Source: an uncultured delta proteobacterium
GTDB lineage: Bacteria > Myxococcota > Myxococcia > Myxococcales > Anaeromyxobacteraceae
DNA length: 64,000 bases
NCBI GenBank assembly: GCA_963814585.1
Contig: CAWFDF010000012.1
Location: 64,001 to 128,000 of the forward strand
Direction of reading: 5' to 3'
Part shown: positions 63,384 through 64,000 of the stretch, piece by piece
Position numbering within the stretch: position 1 is the stretch's first letter
Layout: each line of letters starts with the position of its first letter
Program-made: the position numbers and the translations under genes
The notes under the pieces: generated by a model
The model's input: the letters and a program-made list of their open reading frames with translations, nothing else
Told to the model about the DNA's origin: nothing
Database searches by the model: none

Positions 63384-64000
63384 ATGCCTGAACTCGCCTT
63401 CTTCCGACACGGAGAGGAGCTCCTCCGCGTCACCCTCGGCGACCGGACCGCCATCGGCCGCGCCCCCGACTGCGACGTCTCGCTTCCGGATCCCGCCCTC
63501 TCCCGGCTCCAGGCCGTGGTGGAGCGCCGCGCCGACGGCTTCCACCTCGTCGATCGCTCCGGCCGCGGCACGCGGCTCGGCGCCGCCGAGGTCACCGAGG
63601 CCCCCTTGACCGACGGCGCCGAGCTGGCGCTGGGTGCCTGGCGGGCCCTGTTCCGGGCCGCTCCCCGGACCGGCGAGGAGTCGACCCACGCCGGTCACAC
63701 CCAGGTGCGCCAGGCGGACGTCCCCGCCGATGCCGCGCCACCGGCGCGGATCCGGATCACGGAGCGCGGCCGCGAGCGCTGGCAGGTGATGCCGCGAGCC
63801 GGCCTCACCGTCGGCAAGGCGCCCGGCAACGACGTGGTGCTCCAGGACCCGTTCGTCTCCTCGCGCCACCTGCGCATCGAGCCTCGCGCCGGCCGGTGGC
63901 ACCTCGTCGACCTCGGCTCCACCAACGGCACGCTGCTGGCCGGGTCGCGGGTGGAGCGGGCCGAGCTCCCGTTCGGGCTGCCGCTGCAGCTGGGTGACGC
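63384..64000 (+). CDS. Tandem-FHA protein, truncated by window end (possibly an FHA-sigma54 activator)
   Basis: IGRAPDCD..LSRLQ and VGKAPGND..SSRH..DLGSTNG; AGGAG SD; no stop in window. Confidence 0.8.
   Translation, partial: MPELAFFRHGEELLRVTLGDRTAIGRAPDCDVSLPDPALSRLQAVVERRADGFHLVDRSGRGTRLGAAEVTEAPLTDGAELALGAWRALFRAAPRTGEESTHAGHTQVRQADVPADAAPPARIRITERGRERWQVMPRAGLTVGKAPGNDVVLQDPFVSSRHLRIEPRAGRWHLVDLGSTNGTLLAGSRVERAELPFGLPLQLGD

Overview
Very GC-rich, gene-dense chromosomal segment. Gene content (TIGR02266-type PilZ, FHA proteins, Hanks kinase, cbb3 oxidase, rubrerythrins) points to an Anaeromyxobacter-like Myxococcota; this is an inference. About 60 CDSs: acnB; a cbb3 oxidase and assembly operon (ccoN, ccoO fused to a second cytochrome c domain, a free CcoP-N-like peptide, ccoQ, G, H, DsbD-like, I, S); a molybdopterin oxidoreductase; argJ; asd; a liv-type ABC operon; thyX; an elongated sppA; rho; glgX; a REC-HD-GYP protein; a CrbS-like SLC5 kinase locus; uvrA and thrB, plus tRNA-Cys(GCA). 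No CRISPR array, prophage or transposase was seen. Most notable: (i) two gapless 179-bp copies of a TIR-bounded MITE-like element, each supplying a stop codon to a neighbouring gene; (ii) an atypical Rho with a low-complexity Arg/Gly/Pro/Gln N-terminus, a degenerate RNA-binding face and a structured 5' leader; (iii) SppA fused to a putative beta-barrel; (iv) a 9-Cys protein gene starting 7 nt after the tRNA-Cys CCA; (v) a sigma54-type orphan operon with a FliK/SctP-like gene; (vi) recurrent leaderless-type promoters; (vii) two frameshifts that are probably sequencing errors. All calls come from reading motifs by eye; no database searches were run.
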